DNA from: Nemertoderma westbladi
Taxonomy: Eukaryota; Animalia; Xenacoelomorpha
Direction: 5' to 3'
Assembly: GCA_032718475.1 (NCBI GenBank)
Contig: JAUCBJ010002551.1
Location: forward strand, 20,160 to 84,159
DNA length: 64,000 bases
Shown here: positions 1-15,000 of the stretch, piece after piece
Layout: every line of letters begins with the position of its first letter
Position numbering within the stretch: position 1 is the stretch's first letter
The notes under the pieces: model-generated
Seen by the model: the letters and a program-made list of their open reading frames with translations, nothing else
Told to the model about the DNA's origin: nothing
Database searches by the model: none
Made by a program: the position numbers and the translations under genes

Positions 1-3000
1 ACGAGATGAACTTCAGTTAGTGAGTGGAACCAACGTGGAGCGGAGTAAGTAAGGAGTACGAGATGAACTTCAGTTAGTGAGTGGAACCAACGTGGACCGG
101 AGTAATTAAGGAGTACGAGATGAACTTCAGTTAGTGAGTGGAACCAACGTGGAGCGGAGTAAGTAAGGAGTACGAGATGAACTTCAGTTAGTGAGTGGAA
201 CCAACGTTGAGCGGAGTAAGTAAGGAGTACGAGATAAACTTCAGTTAGTGAGTGGAACAAACGTGGAGCGGAGTAAGTAAGGAGTATGAGATGAACTTCA
301 GTTAGTGAGTGGAACCAACGTGGAGCGGAGTAAGTAAGGAGTACGAGATGAACTTCAGTTAGTGAGTGGAACAAACGTGGAGCGGAGTAAGTAAGGAGTA
401 TGAGATGAACTTCAGTTAGTGAGTGGAACCAACGTGGAGCGGAGTAAGTAAGGAGACGAGATGAACTTCAGTTAGTGAGTGGAACCAACGTGGAGCGGAG
501 TAAGTAAGGAGTACGAGATGAACTTCAGTTAGTGAGTGGAACCAAAGTGGAGCGGAGTAAGTAAGGAGTACGAGATGAACTTCAGTTAGTGAGTGGAACC
601 AACGTGGAGCGGAGTATTTAAGGAGTACGAGATGAACTTCAGTTAGTGAGTGGAACCAAAGTGGAGCGGAGTAAGTAAGGAGTATGAGATGAACTTCAGT
701 TAGTGAGTGGAACCAACGTAGAGCGGAGTAAGTAAGGAGTACGAGATGAACTTCAGTTAGTGAGTGGAACCAACGTGGAGCGGAGTAAGTAAGGAGTACG
801 AGATGAACTTCAGTTAGTGAGTGGAACCAACGTGGAGCGGAGTAAGTAAGGAGTACGAGATGAACTTCAGTTAGTGAGTGGAACCAACGTGGAGCGGAGT
901 AAGAGATGAACTTCAGTTAGTGAGTGGAACCAACGTGGAGCGGAGTAAGTTAGTAGTACGAGATGAACTTCAGTTAGTGAGTGGAACCAACGTGGAGCGG
1001 AGTAAGAGATGAACTTCAGTTAGTGAGTGGAACCAACGTGGAGCGGAGTAAGTTATGAGTACGAGATGAACTTCAGTTAGTGAGTGGAACCAACGTGGAG
1101 CGGAGTAAGTAAGGAGTACGAGATGAACTTCAGTTAGTGAGTGGAACCAACGTGGAGCGGAGTAAGTAAGGAGTACGAGATGAACTTCAGTTAGTGAGTG
1201 GAACCAACGTTGAGCGGAGTAAGTAAGGAGTACGAGATGAACTTCAGTTAGTGAGTGGAACAAACGTGGAGCGGAGTAAGTAAGGAGTATGAGATGAACT
1301 TCAGTTAGTGAGTGGAACCAACGTGGAGCGGAGTAAGTAAGGAGTACGAGATGAACTTCAGTTAGTGAGTGGAACCAACGTTGAGCGGAGTAAGTAAGGA
1401 GTACGAGATAAACTTCAGTTAGTGAGTGGAACAAACGTGGAGCGGAGTAAGTAAGGAGTATGAGATGAACTTCAGTTAGTGAGTGGAACCAACGTGGAGC
1501 GGAGTAAGTAAGGAGTACGAGATGAACTTCAGTTAGTGAGTGGAACAAACGTGGAGCGGAGTAAGTAAGGAGTATGAGATGAACTTCAGTTAGTGAGTGG
1601 AACCAACGTGGAGCGGAGTAAGTAAGGAGTACGAGATGAACTTCAGTTAGTGAGTGGAACCAACGTGGAGCGGAGTAAGAGATGAACTTCAGTTAGTGAG
1701 TGGAACCAACGTGGAGCGGAGTAAGTTATGAGTACGAGATGAACTTCAGTTAGTGAGTGGAACCAACGTGGAGCGGAGTAAGTAAGGAGTACGAGATGAA
1801 CTTCAGTTAGTGAGTGGAACCAACGTGGAGCGGAGTAAGAGATGAACTTCAGTTAGTGAGTGGAACCAACGTGGAGCGGAGTAAGTTAGTAGTACGAGAT
1901 GAACTTCAGTTAGTGAGTGGAACCAACGTGGAGCGGAGTAAGAGATGAACTTCAGTTAGTGAGTGGAACCAACGTGGAGCGGAGTAAGTTATGAGTACGA
2001 GATGAACTTCAGTTAGTGAGTGGAACCAACGTGGAGCGGAGTAAGTAAGGAGTACGAGATGAACTTCAGTTAGTGAGTGGAACCAACGTGGAGCGGAGTA
2101 AGTAAGGAGTACGAGATGAACTTCAGTTAGTGAGTGGAACCAACGTGGAGCGGAGTAAGTAAGGAGTACGAGATGAACTTCAGTTAGTGAGTGGAACAAA
2201 CGTGGAGCGGAGTAAGTAAGGAGTATGAGATGAACTTCAGTTAGTGAGTGGAACCAACGTGGAGCGGAGTAAGTAAGGAGTACGAGATGAACTTCAGTTA
2301 GTGAGTGGAACCAACGTTGAGCGGAGTAAGTAAGGAGTACGAGATGAACTTCAGTTAGTGAGTGGAACAAACGTGGAGCGGAGTAAGTAAGGAGTATGAG
2401 ATGAACTTCAGTTAGTGAGTGGAACCAACGTGGAGCGGAGTAAGTAAGGAGTACGAGATGAACTTCAGTTAGTGAGTGGAACAAACGTGGAGCGGAGTAA
2501 GTAAGGAGTATGAGATGAACTTCAGTTAGTGAGTGGAACCAACGTGGAGCGGAGTAAGTAAGGAGTACGAGATGAACTTCAGTTAGTGAGTGGAACCAAC
2601 GTGGAGCGGAGTAAGTTAGGAGTACGAGATGAACTTCAGTTAGTGAGTGGAACCAACGTGGAGCGGAGTAAGTAAGGAGTACGAGATGAACTTCAGTTAG
2701 TGAGTGGAACCAACGTGGAGCGGAGTAAGTAAGGAGTACGAGATGAACTTCAGTTAGTGAGTGGAACCAACGTTGAGCGGAGTAAGTAAGGAGTACGAGA
2801 TGAACTTCAGTTAGTGAGTGGAACCAACGTGGAGCGGAGTAAGTAAGGAGTACGAGATGAACTTCAGTTAGTGAGTGGAACCAACGTGGAGCGGAGTAAG
2901 TAAGGAGTACGAGATGAACTTCAGTTAGTGAGTGGAACCAACGTGGAGCGGAGTAAGTAAGGAGTACGAGATGAACTTCAGTTAGTGAGTGGAACCAACG

Positions 3001-6000
3001 TGGAGCGGAGTAAGTAAGGAGTACGAGATGAACTTCAGTTAGTGAGTGGAACCAACGTGGAGCGGAGTAAGTAAGGAGTACGAGATGAACTTCAGTTAGT
3101 GAGTGGAACCAACGTGGACCGGAGTAAGTAAGGAGTACGAGATGAACTTCAGTTAGTGAGTGGAACCAACGTGGACCGGAGTAAGTAAGGAGTATGAGAT
3201 GAACTTCAGTTAGTGAGTGGAACCAACGTGGAGCGGAGTAAGTAAGGAGACGAGATGAACTTCAGTTAGTGAGTGGAACCAACGTGGAGCGGAGTAAGTA
3301 AGGAGTACGAGATGAACTTCAGTTAGTGAGTGGAACCAAAGTGGAGCGGAGTAAGTAAGGAGTACGAGATGAACTTCAGTTAGTGAGTGGAACCAACGTG
3401 GAGCGGAGTATTTAAGGAGTACGAGATGAACTTCAGTTAGTGAGTGGAACCAAAGTGGAGCGGAGTAAGTAAGGAGTATGAGATGAACTTCAGTTAGTGA
3501 GTGGAACCAACGTAGAGCGGAGTAAGTAAGGAGTACGAGATGAACTTCAGTTAGTGAGTGGAACCAACGTGGAGCGGAGTAAGTAAGGAGTACGAGATGA
3601 ACTTCAGTTAGTGAGTGGAACCAACGTGGAGCGGAGTAAGTAAGGAGTACGAGATGAACTTCAGTTAGTGAGTGGAACCAACGTGGAGCGGAGTAAGAGA
3701 TGAACTTCAGTTAGTGAGTGGAACCAACGTGGAGCGGAGTAAGTTAGTAGTACGAGATGAACTTCAGTTAGTGAGTGGAACCAACGTGGAGCGGAGTAAG
3801 AGATGAACTTCAGTTAGTGAGTGGAACCAACGTGGAGCGGAGTAAGTTATGAGTACGAGATGAACTTCAGTTAGTGAGTGGAACCAACGTGGAGCGGAGT
3901 AAGTAAGGAGTACGAGATGAACTTCAGTTAGTGAGTGGAACCAACGTGGAGCGGAGTAAGTAAGGAGTACGAGATGAACTTCAGTTAGTGAGTGGAACCA
4001 ACGTTGAGCGGAGTAAGTAAGGAGTACGAGATGAACTTCAGTTAGTGAGTGGAACAAACGTGGAGCGGAGTAAGTAAGGAGTATGAGATGAACTTCAGTT
4101 AGTGAGTGGAACCAACGTGGAGCGGAGTAAGTAAGGAGTACGAGATGAACTTCAGTTAGTGAGTGGAACCAACGTTGAGCGGAGTAAGTAAGGAGTACGA
4201 GATAAACTTCAGTTAGTGAGTGGAACAAACGTGGAGCGGAGTAAGTAAGGAGTATGAGATGAACTTCAGTTAGTGAGTGGAACCAACGTGGAGCGGAGTA
4301 AGTAAGGAGTACGAGATGAACTTCAGTTAGTGAGTGGAACAAACGTGGAGCGGAGTAAGTAAGGAGTATGAGATGAACTTCAGTTAGTGAGTGGAACCAA
4401 CGTGGAGCGGAGTAAGTAAGGAGTACGAGATGAACTTCAGTTAGTGAGTGGAACCAACGTGGAGCGGAGTAAGAGATGAACTTCAGTTAGTGAGTGGAAC
4501 CAACGTGGAGCGGAGTAAGTTATGAGTACGAGATGAACTTCAGTTAGTGAGTGGAACCAACGTGGAGCGGAGTAAGTAAGGAGTACGAGATGAACTTCAG
4601 TTAGTGAGTGGAACCAACGTGGAGCGGAGTAAGTAGTAAGGAGTACGAGATGAACTTCAGTTAGTGAGTGGAACCAACGTTGAGCGGAGTAAGTAAGGAG
4701 TACGAGATGAACTTCAGTTAGTGAGTGGAACAAACGTGGAGCGGAGTAAGTAAGGAGTATGAGATGAACTTCAGTTAGTGAGTGGAACCAACGTGGAGCG
4801 GAGTAAGTAAGGAGTACGAGATGAACTTCAGTTAGTGAGTGGAACCAACGTGGAGCGGAGTAAGTAAGGAGTACGAGATGAACTTCAGATAGTGAGTGGA
4901 ACCAACGTGGAGCGGAGTAAGTAAGGAGTACGAGATGAACTTCAGTTAGTGAGTGGAACCAACGTGGAGCGGAGTAAGTAAGGAGTACGAGATGAACTTC
5001 AGTTAGTGAGTGGAACCAACGTGGACCGGAGTAAGTAAGGAGTACGAGATGAACTTCAGTTAGTGAGTGGAACCAACGTGGACCGGAGTAAGTAAGGAGT
5101 ATGAGATGAACTTCAGTTAGTGAGTGGAACCAACGTGGAGCGGAGTAAGTAAGGAGACGAGATGAACTTCAGTTAGTGAGTGGAACCAACGTGGAGCGGA
5201 GTAAGTAAGGAGTACGAGATGAACTTTAGTTAGTGAGTGGAACCAAAGTGGAGCGGAGTAAGTAAGGAGTACGAGATGAACTTCAGTTAGTGAGTGGAAC
5301 CAACGTGGAGCGGAGTAAGAGATGAACTTCAGTTAGTGAGTGGAACCAAAGTGGAGCGGAGTAAGTAAGGAGTATGAGATGAACTTCAGTTAGTGAGTGG
5401 AACCAACGTAGAGCGGAGTAAGTAAGGAGTACGAGATGAACTTCAGTTAGTGAGTGGAACCAACGTGGAGCGGATTAAGTTAGGAGTACGAGATGAACTT
5501 CAGTTAGTGAGTGGAACCAACGTGGAGCGGAGTAAGTAAGGAGTACGAGATGAACTTCGGTTAGAGAGTGGAACCAACGTGGAGCGGAGTAAGTAAGGAG
5601 TACGAGATGAACTTCAGTTAGTGAGTGGAACCAACGTGGAGCGGAGTAAGTAAGGAGTACGAGATGAACTTCAGTTAGTGAGTGGAACCAACGTGGAGCG
5701 GAGTATTTAAGGAGTACGAGATGAACTTCAGTTAGTGAGTGGAACCAACGTGGAGCGGAGTAAGTTATGAGTACGAGATGAACTTCAGTTAGTGAGTGGA
5801 ACCAACGTGGAGCGGAATAAGTAAGGAGTACGAGATGAACTTCGGTTAGTGAGTGGAACCAAAGTGGAGCGGAGTAATTAAGGAGTACGAGATGAACTTC
5901 AGTTAGTGAGTGGAACCAACATGGAGCGGAGTAAGTTATGAGTACGAGATGAACTTCAGTTAGTGAGTGGAACCAACGTGGAGCGGAATAAGTAAGGAGT

Positions 6001-9000
6001 ACGAGATGAACTTCGGTTAGTGAGTGGAACCAAAGTGGAGCGGAGTAATTAAGGAGTACGAGATGAACTTCAGTTAGTGAGTGGAACCAACGTGGAGCGG
6101 ATTAAGTTAGGAGTACGATATGAACTTCAGTTAGTGAGTGGAACCAACGTGGAGCGGAGTAAGTAAAGAGTACGAGATGAACTTCAGTTAGTGAGTGGAA
6201 CCAACGTGGACCGGAGTAATTAAGGAGTACGAGATGAACTTCAGTTAGTGAGTGGAACCAACGTAGAGCGGAGTAAGTAAGGAGTACGAGATGAACTTCA
6301 GTTAGTGAGTGGAACCAACGTGGAGCGGAGTAAGTAAGGAGTACGAGATGAACTTCAGTTAGTGAGTGGAACCAACGTAGAGCGGAGTAAGTAAGGAGTA
6401 CGAGATGAACTTCAGTTAGTGAGTGGAACCAACGTGGAGCGGAGTAAGTAAGGAGTACGAGATGAACTTCAGTTAGTGAGTGGAACCAACGTGGACCGGA
6501 GTAAGTAAGGAGTACGAGATGAACTTCAGTTAGTGAGTGGAACCAACGTGGACCGGAGTAAGTAAGGAGTATGAGATGAACTTCAGTTAGTGAGTGGAAC
6601 CAACGTGGAGCGGAGTAAGTAAGGAGACGAGATGAACTTCAGTTAGTGAGTGGAACCAACGTGGAGCGGAGTAAGTAAGGAGTACGAGATGAACTTCAGT
6701 TAGTGAGTGGAACCAAAGTGGAGCGGAGTAAGTAAGGAGTACGAGATGAACTTCAGTTAGTGAGTGGAACCAACGTGGAGCGGAGTATTTAAGGAGTACG
6801 AGATGAACTTCAGTTAGTGAGTGGAACCAAAGTGGAGCGGAGTAAGTAAGGAGTATGAGATGAACTTCAGTTAGTGAGTGGAACCAACGTAGAGCGGAGT
6901 AAGTAAGGAGTACGAGATGAACTTCAGTTAGTGAGTGGAACCAACGTGGAGCGGAGTAAGTAAGGAGTACGAGATGAACTTCAGTTAGTGAGTGGAACCA
7001 ACGTGGAGCGGAGTAAGTAAGGAGTACGAGATGAACTTCAGTTAGTGAGTGGAACCAACGTGGAGCGGAGTAAGAGATGAACTTCAGTTAGTGAGTGGAA
7101 CCAACGTGGAGCGGAGTAAGTTAGTAGTACGAGATGAACTTCAGTTAGTGAGTGGAACCAACGTGGAGCGGAGTAAGAGATGAACTTCAGTTAGTGAGTG
7201 GAACCAACGTGGAGCGGAGTAAGTTATGAGTACGAGATGAACTTCAGTTAGTGAGTGGAACCAACGTGGAGCGGAGTAAGTAAGGAGTACGAGATGAACT
7301 TCAGTTAGTGAGTGGAACCAACGTGGAGCGGAGTAAGTAAGGAGTACGAGATGAACTTCAGTTAGTGAGTGGAACCAACGTTGAGCGGAGTAAGTAAGGA
7401 GTACGAGATGAACTTCAGTTAGTGAGTGGAACAAACGTGGAGCGGAGTAAGTAAGGAGTATGAGATGAACTTCAGTTAGTGAGTGGAACCAACGTGGAGC
7501 GGAGTAAGTAAGGAGTACGAGATGAACTTCAGTTAGTGAGTGGAACCAACGTTGAGCGGAGTAAGTAAGGAGTACGAGATAAACTTCAGTTAGTGAGTGG
7601 AACAAACGTGGAGCGGAGTAAGTAAGGAGTATGAGATGAACTTCAGTTAGTGAGTGGAACCAACGTGGAGCGGAGTAAGTAAGGAGTACGAGATGAACTT
7701 CAGTTAGTGAGTGGAACAAACGTGGAGCGGAGTAAGTAAGGAGTATGAGATGAACTTCAGTTAGTGAGTGGAACCAACGTGGAGCGGAGTAAGTAAGGAG
7801 TACGAGATGAACTTCAGTTAGTGAGTGGAACCAACGTGGAGCGGAGTAAGAGATGAACTTCAGTTAGTGAGTGGAACCAACGTGGAGCGGAGTAAGTTAT
7901 GAGTACGAGATGAACTTCAGTTAGTGAGTGGAACCAACGTGGAGCGGAGTAAGTAAGGAGTACGAGATGAACTTCAGTTAGTGAGTGGAACCAACGTGGA
8001 GCGGAGTAAGTAAGGAGTACGAGATGAACTTCAGTTAGTGAGTGGAACCAACGTTGAGCGGAGTAAGTAAGGAGTACGAGATGAACTTCAGTTAGTGAGT
8101 GGAACAAACGTGGAGCGGAGTAAGTAAGGAGTATGAGATGAACTTCAGTTAGTGAGTGGAACCAACGTGGAGCGGAGTAAGTAAGGAGTACGAGATGAAC
8201 TTCAGTTAGTGAGTGGAACCAACGTGGAGCGGAGTAAGTAAGGAGTACGAGATGAACTTCAGATAGTGAGTGGAACCAACGTGGAGCGGAGTAAGTAAGG
8301 AGTACGAGATGAACTTCAGTTAGTGAGTGGAACCAACGTGGAGCGGAGTAAGTAAGGAGTACGAGATGAACTTCAGTTAGTGAGTGGAACCAACGTGGAC
8401 CGGAGTAAGTAAGGAGTACGAGATGAACTTCAGTTAGTGAGTGGAACCAACGTGGACCGGAGTAAGTAAGGAGTATGAGATGAACTTCAGTTAGTGAGTG
8501 GAACCAACGTGGAGCGGAGTAAGTAAGGAGACGAGATGAACTTCAGTTAGTGAGTGGAACCAACGTGGAGCGGAGTAAGTAAGGAGTACGAGATGAACTT
8601 TAGTTAGTGAGTGGAACCAAAGTGGAGCGGAGTAAGTAAGGAGTACGAGATGAACTTCAGTTAGTGAGTGGAACCAACGTGGAGCGGAGTAAGAGATGAA
8701 CTTCAGTTAGTGAGTGGAACCAAAGTGGAGCGGAGTAAGTAAGGAGTATGAGATGAACTTCAGTTAGTGAGTGGAACCAACGTAGAGCGGAGTAAGTAAG
8801 GAGTACGAGATGAACTTCAGTTAGTGAGTGGAACCAACGTGGAGCGGATTAAGTTAGGAGTACGAGATGAACTTCAGTTAGTGAGTGGAACCAACGTGGA
8901 GCGGAGTAAGTAAGGAGTACGAGATGAACTTCGGTTAGAGAGTGGAACCAACGTGGAGCGGAGTAAGTAAGGAGTACGAGATGAACTTCAGTTAGTGAGT

Positions 9001-12000
9001 GGAACCAACGTGGAGCGGAGTAAGTAAGGAGTACGAGATGAACTTCAGTTAGTGAGTGGAACCAACGTGGAGCGGAGTATTTAAGGAGTACGAGATGAAC
9101 TTCAGTTAGTGAGTGGAACCAACGTGGAGCGGAGTAAGTTATGAGTACGAGATGAACTTCAGTTAGTGAGTGGAACCAACGTGGAGCGGAATAAGTAAGG
9201 AGTACGAGATGAACTTCGGTTAGTGAGTGGAACCAAAGTGGAGCGGAGTAATTAAGGAGTACGAGATGAACTTCAGTTAGTGAGTGGAACCAACGTGGAG
9301 CGGAGTAAGTAAGGAGTACGAGATGAACTTCAGTTAGTGAGTGGAACAAACGTGGAGCGGAGTAAGTAAGGAGTATGAGATGAACTTCAGTTAGTGAGTG
9401 GAACCAACGTGGAGCGGAGTAAGTAAGGAGTACGAGATGAACTTCAGTTAGTGAGTGGAACCAACGTGGAGCGGAGTAAGTAAGGAGTACGAGATGAACT
9501 TCAGATAGTGAGTGGAACCAACGTGGAGCGGAGTAAGTAAGGAGTACGAGATGAACTTCAGTTAGTGAGTGGAACCAACGTGGAGCGGAGTAAGTAAGGA
9601 GTACGAGATGAACTTCAGTTAGTGAGTGGAACCAACGTGGACCGGAGTAAGTAAGGAGTACGAGATGAACTTCAGTTAGTGAGTGGAACCAACGTGGACC
9701 GGAGTAAGTAAGGAGTATGAGATGAACTTCAGTTAGTGAGTGGAACCAACGTGGAGCGGAGTAAGTAAGGAGACGAGATGAACTTCAGTTAGTGAGTGGA
9801 ACCAACGTGGAGCGGAGTAAGTAAGGAGTACGAGATGAACTTTAGTTAGTGAGTGGAACCAAAGTGGAGCGGAGTAAGTAAGGAGTACGAGATGAACTTC
9901 AGTTAGTGAGTGGAACCAACGTGGAGCGGAGTAAGAGATGAACTTCAGTTAGTGAGTGGAACCAAAGTGGAGCGGAGTAAGTAAGGAGTATGAGATGAAC
10001 TTCAGTTAGTGAGTGGAACCAACGTAGAGCGGAGTAAGTAAGGAGTACGAGATGAACTTCAGTTAGTGAGTGGAACCAACGTGGAGCGGATTAAGTTAGG
10101 AGTACGAGATGAACTTCAGTTAGTGAGTGGAACCAACGTGGAGCGGAGTAAGTAAGGAGTACGAGATGAACTTCGGTTAGAGAGTGGAACCAACGTGGAG
10201 CGGAGTAAGTAAGGAGTACGAGATGAACTTCAGTTAGTGAGTGGAACCAACGTGGAGCGGAGTAAGTAAGGAGTACGAGATGAACTTCAGTTAGTGAGTG
10301 GAACCAACGTGGAGCGGAGTATTTAAGGAGTACGAGATGAACTTCAGTTAGTGAGTGGAACCAACGTGGAGCGGAGTAAGTTATGAGTACGAGATGAACT
10401 TCAGTTAGTGAGTGGAACCAACGTGGAGCGGAATAAGTAAGGAGTACGAGATGAACTTCGGTTAGTGAGTGGAACCAAAGTGGAGCGGAGTAATTAAGGA
10501 GTACGAGATGAACTTCAGTTAGTGAGTGGAACCAACGTGGAGCGGAGTAAGTTATGAGTACGAGATGAACTTCAGTTAGTGAGTGGAACCAACGTGGAGC
10601 GGAATAAGTAAGGAGTACGAGATGAACTTCGGTTAGTGAGTGGAACCAAAGTGGAGCGGAGTAATTAAGGAGTACGAGATGAACTTCAGTTAGTGAGTGG
10701 AACCAACGTGGAGCGGATTAAGTTAGGAGTACGATATGAACTTCAGTTAGTGAGTGGAACCAACGTGGAGCGGAGTAAGTAAAGAGTACGAGATGAACTT
10801 CAGTTAGTGAGTGGAACCAACGTGGACCGGAGTAATTAAGGAGTACGAGATGAACTTCAGTTAGTGAGTGGAACCAACGTAGAGCGGAGTAAGTAAGGAG
10901 TACGAGATGAACTTCAGTTAGTGAGTGGAACCAACGTGGAGCGGAGTAAGTAAGGAGTACGAGATGAACTTCAGTTAGTGAGTGGAACCAACATGGACCG
11001 GAGTAATTAAGGAGTACGAGATGAACTTCAGTTAGTGAGTGGAACCAACGTGGAGCGGAGTAAGTAAGGAGTACGAGATGAACTTCAGTTAGTGAGTGGA
11101 ACCAACGTAGAGCGGAGTAAGTAAGGAGTACGAGATGAACTTCAGTTAGTGAGTGGAACCAACGTGGAGCGGATTAAGTTAGGAGTACGAGATGAACTTC
11201 AGTTAGTGAGTGGAACCAACGTGGAGCGGAGTAAGTAAGGAGTACGAGATGAACTTCGGTTAGAGAGTGGAACCAACGTGGAGCGGAGTAAGTAAGGAGT
11301 ACGAGATGAACTTCAGTTAGTGAGTGGAACCAACGTGGAGCGGAGTAAGTAAGGAGTACGAGATGAACTTCAGTTAGTGAGTGGAACCAACGTGGAGCGG
11401 AGTATTTAAGGAGTACGAGATGAACTTCAGTTAGTGAGTGGAACCAACGTGGAGCGGAGTAAGTTATGAGTACGAGATGAACTTCAGTTAGTGAGTGGAA
11501 CCAACGTGGAGCGGAATAAGTAAGGAGTACGAGATGAACTTCGGTTAGTGAGTGGAACCAAAGTGGAGCGGAGTAATTAAGGAGTACGAGATGAACTTCA
11601 GTTAGTGAGTGGAACCAACGTGGAGCGGAGTAAGTTATGAGTACGAGATGAACTTCAGTTAGTGAGTGGAACCAACGTGGAGCGGAATAAGTAAGGAGTA
11701 CGAGATGAACTTCGGTTAGTGAGTGGAACCAAAGTGGAGCGGAGTAATTAAGGAGTACGAGATGAACTTCAGTTAGTGAGTGGAACCAACGTGGAGCGGA
11801 TTAAGTTAGGAGTACGATATGAACTTCAGTTAGTGAGTGGAACCAACGTGGAGCGGAGTAAGTAAAGAGTACGAGATGAACTTCAGTTAGTGAGTGGAAC
11901 CAACGTGGACCGGAGTAATTAAGGAGTACGAGATGAACTTCAGTTAGTGAGTGGAACCAACGTAGAGCGGAGTAAGTAAGGAGTACGAGATGAACTTCAG

Positions 12001-15000
12001 TTAGTGAGTGGAACCAACGTGGAGCGGAGTAAGTAAGGAGTACGAGATGAACTTCAGTTAGTGAGTGGAACCAACGTGGACCGGAGTAATTAAGGAGTAC
12101 GAGATGAACTTCAGTTAGTGAGTGGAACCAACGTGGAGCGGAGTAAGTAAGGAGTACGAGATGAACTTCAGTTAGTGAGTGGAACCAACGTGGAGCGGAG
12201 TAAGTTAGGAGTACGAGATGAACTTCAGTTAGTGAGTGGAACCAACGTGGAGCGGAGTAAGTAAGGAGTACGAGATGAACTTCAGTTAGTGAGTGGAACC
12301 AACGTGGAGCGGAGTAAGTAAGGAGTACGAGATGAACTTCAGTTAGTGAGTGGAACCAACGTGGAGCGGAGTAAGTAAGGAGTACGAGATGAACTTCAGT
12401 TAGTGAGTGGAACCAACGTGGAGCGGAGTAAGTAAGGAGTACGAGATGAACTTCAGTTAGTGAGTGGAACCAACGTGGAGCGGAGTAAGTAAGGAGTACG
12501 AGATGAACTTCAGTTAGTGAGTGGAACCAACGTGGAGCGGAGTAAGTAAGGAGTACGAGATGAACTTCAGTTAGTGAGTGGAACCAACGTGGAGCGGAGT
12601 AAGTAAGGAGTACGAGATGAACTTCAGTTAGTGAGTGGAACCAACGTGGAACGGAGTAAGTAAGGAGTACGAGATGAACTTCAGTTAGTGAGTGGAACCA
12701 ACGTGGACCGGAGTAATTAAGGAGTACGAGATGAACTTCAGTTAGTGAGTGGAACCAACGTGGAGCGGAGTAAGTAAGGAGTACGAGATGAATTTCAGTT
12801 AGTGAGTGGAACCAACGTGGAAAGGAGTAAGTAAGGAGTACGAGATGAACTTCAGTTAGTGAGTGGAACCAACGTGGACCGGAGTAATTAAGGAGTACGA
12901 GATGAACTTCAGTTATTGAGTGGAACCAACGTGGAGCGGAGTAAGTAAGGAGTACGAGATGAATTTCAGTTAGTGAGTGGAACCAACGTGGAAAGGAGTA
13001 AGTAAGGAGTACGAGATGAACTTCAGTTAGTGAGTGGAACCAACGTGGAGCGGAGTAAGTAAGGAGTACGAGATGAACTTCAGTTAGTGAGTGGAACCAA
13101 CGTGGAGCGGAGTAAGTAAGGAGTACGAGATGAACTTCAGTTAGTGAGTGGAACCAACGTGGAGCGGAGTAAGTAAGGAGTACGAGATGAACTTCAGTTA
13201 GTGAGTGGAACCAACGTGGAGCGGAGTAAGTAAGGAGTACGAGATGAACTTCAGTTAGTGAGTGGAACCAACGTGGAGCGGAGTAAGTAAGGAGTACGAG
13301 ATGAACTTCAGTTAGTGAGTGGAACCAACGTGGAGCGGAGTAAGTAAGGAGTACGAGATGAACTTCAGTTAGTGAGTGGAACCAACGTGGAGCGGAGTAA
13401 GTAAGGAGTATGAGATGAACTTCAGTAACCAACGTGGAGCGGAGTAAGTAAGGAGTACGAGATGAACTTCAGTTAGTGAGTGGAACCAACGTGGAGCGGA
13501 GTAAGTAAGGAGTACGAGATGAACTTCAGTTAGTGAGTGGAACCAACGTGGAGCGGAGTAAGTAAGGAGTACGAGATGAACTTCAGTTAGTGAGTGGAAC
13601 CAACGTGGAGCGGAGTAAGTAAGGAGTACGAGATGAACTTCAGTTAGTGAGTGGAACCAACGTGGAGCGGAGTAAGTAAGGAGTATGAGATGAACTTCAG
13701 TTAGTGAGTGGAACCAACGTGGAGCGGAGTAAGTAAGGAGTACGAGATGAACTTCAGTTAGTGAGTGGAACCAACGTGGAGCGGAGTAAGTAAGGAGTAC
13801 GAGATGAACTTCAGTTAGTGAGTGGAACCAACGTGGAGCGGAGTAAGTAAGGAGTACGAGATGAACTTCAGTTAGTGAGTGGAACCAACGTGGAGCGGAG
13901 TAAGTAAGGAGTATGAGATGAACTTCAGTTAGTGAGTGGAACCAACGTGGAGCGGAGTAAGTTATGAGTACGAGATGAACTTCAGTTAGTGAGTGGAACC
14001 AACGTGGAGCGGAATAAGTAAGGAGTACGAGATGAACTTCGGTTAGTGAGTGGAACCAAAGTGGAGCGGAGTAATTAAGGAGTACGAGATGAACTTCAGT
14101 TAGTGAGTGGAACCAACGTGGAGCGGAGTAAGTTATGAGTACGAGATGAACTTCAGTTAGTGAGTGGAACCAACGTGGAGCGGAATAAGTAAGGAGTACG
14201 AGATGAACTTCGGTTAGTGAGTGGAACCAAAGTGGAGCGGAGTAATTAAGGAGTACGAGATGAACTTCAGTTAGTGAGTGGAACCAACGTGGAGCGGATT
14301 AAGTTAGGAGTACGATATGAACTTCAGTTAGTGAGTGGAACCAACGTGGAGCGGAGTAAGTAAAGAGTACGAGATGAACTTCAGTTAGTGAGTGGAACCA
14401 ACGTGGACCGGAGTAATTAAGGAGTACGAGATGAACTTCAGTTAGTGAGTGGAACCAACGTAGAGCGGAGTAAGTAAGGAGTACGAGATGAACTTCAGTT
14501 AGTGAGTGGAACCAACGTGGAGCGGAGTAAGTAAGGAGTACGAGATGAACTTCAGTTAGTGAGTGGAACCAACATGGACCGGAGTAATTAAGGAGTACGA
14601 GATGAACTTCAGTTAGTGAGTGGAACCAACGTGGAGCGGAGTAAGTAAGGAGTACGAGATGAACTTCAGTTAGTGAGTGGAACCAACGTAGAGCGGAGTA
14701 AGTTAGGAGTACGAGATGAACTTCAGTTAGTGAGTGGAACCAACGTGGAGCGGAGTAAGTAAGGAGTACGAGATGAACTTCAGTTAGTGAGTGGAACCAA
14801 CGTGGAGCGGAGTAAGTAAGGAGTACGAGATGAACTTCAGTTAGTGAGTGGAACCAACGTGGAGCGGAGTAAGTAAGGAGTACGAGATGAATTTCAGTTA
14901 GTGAGTGGAACCAACGTGGAAAGGAGTAAGTAAGGAGTACGAGATGAACTTCAGTTAGTGAGTGGAACCAACGTGGAGCGGAGTAAGTAAGGAGTACGAG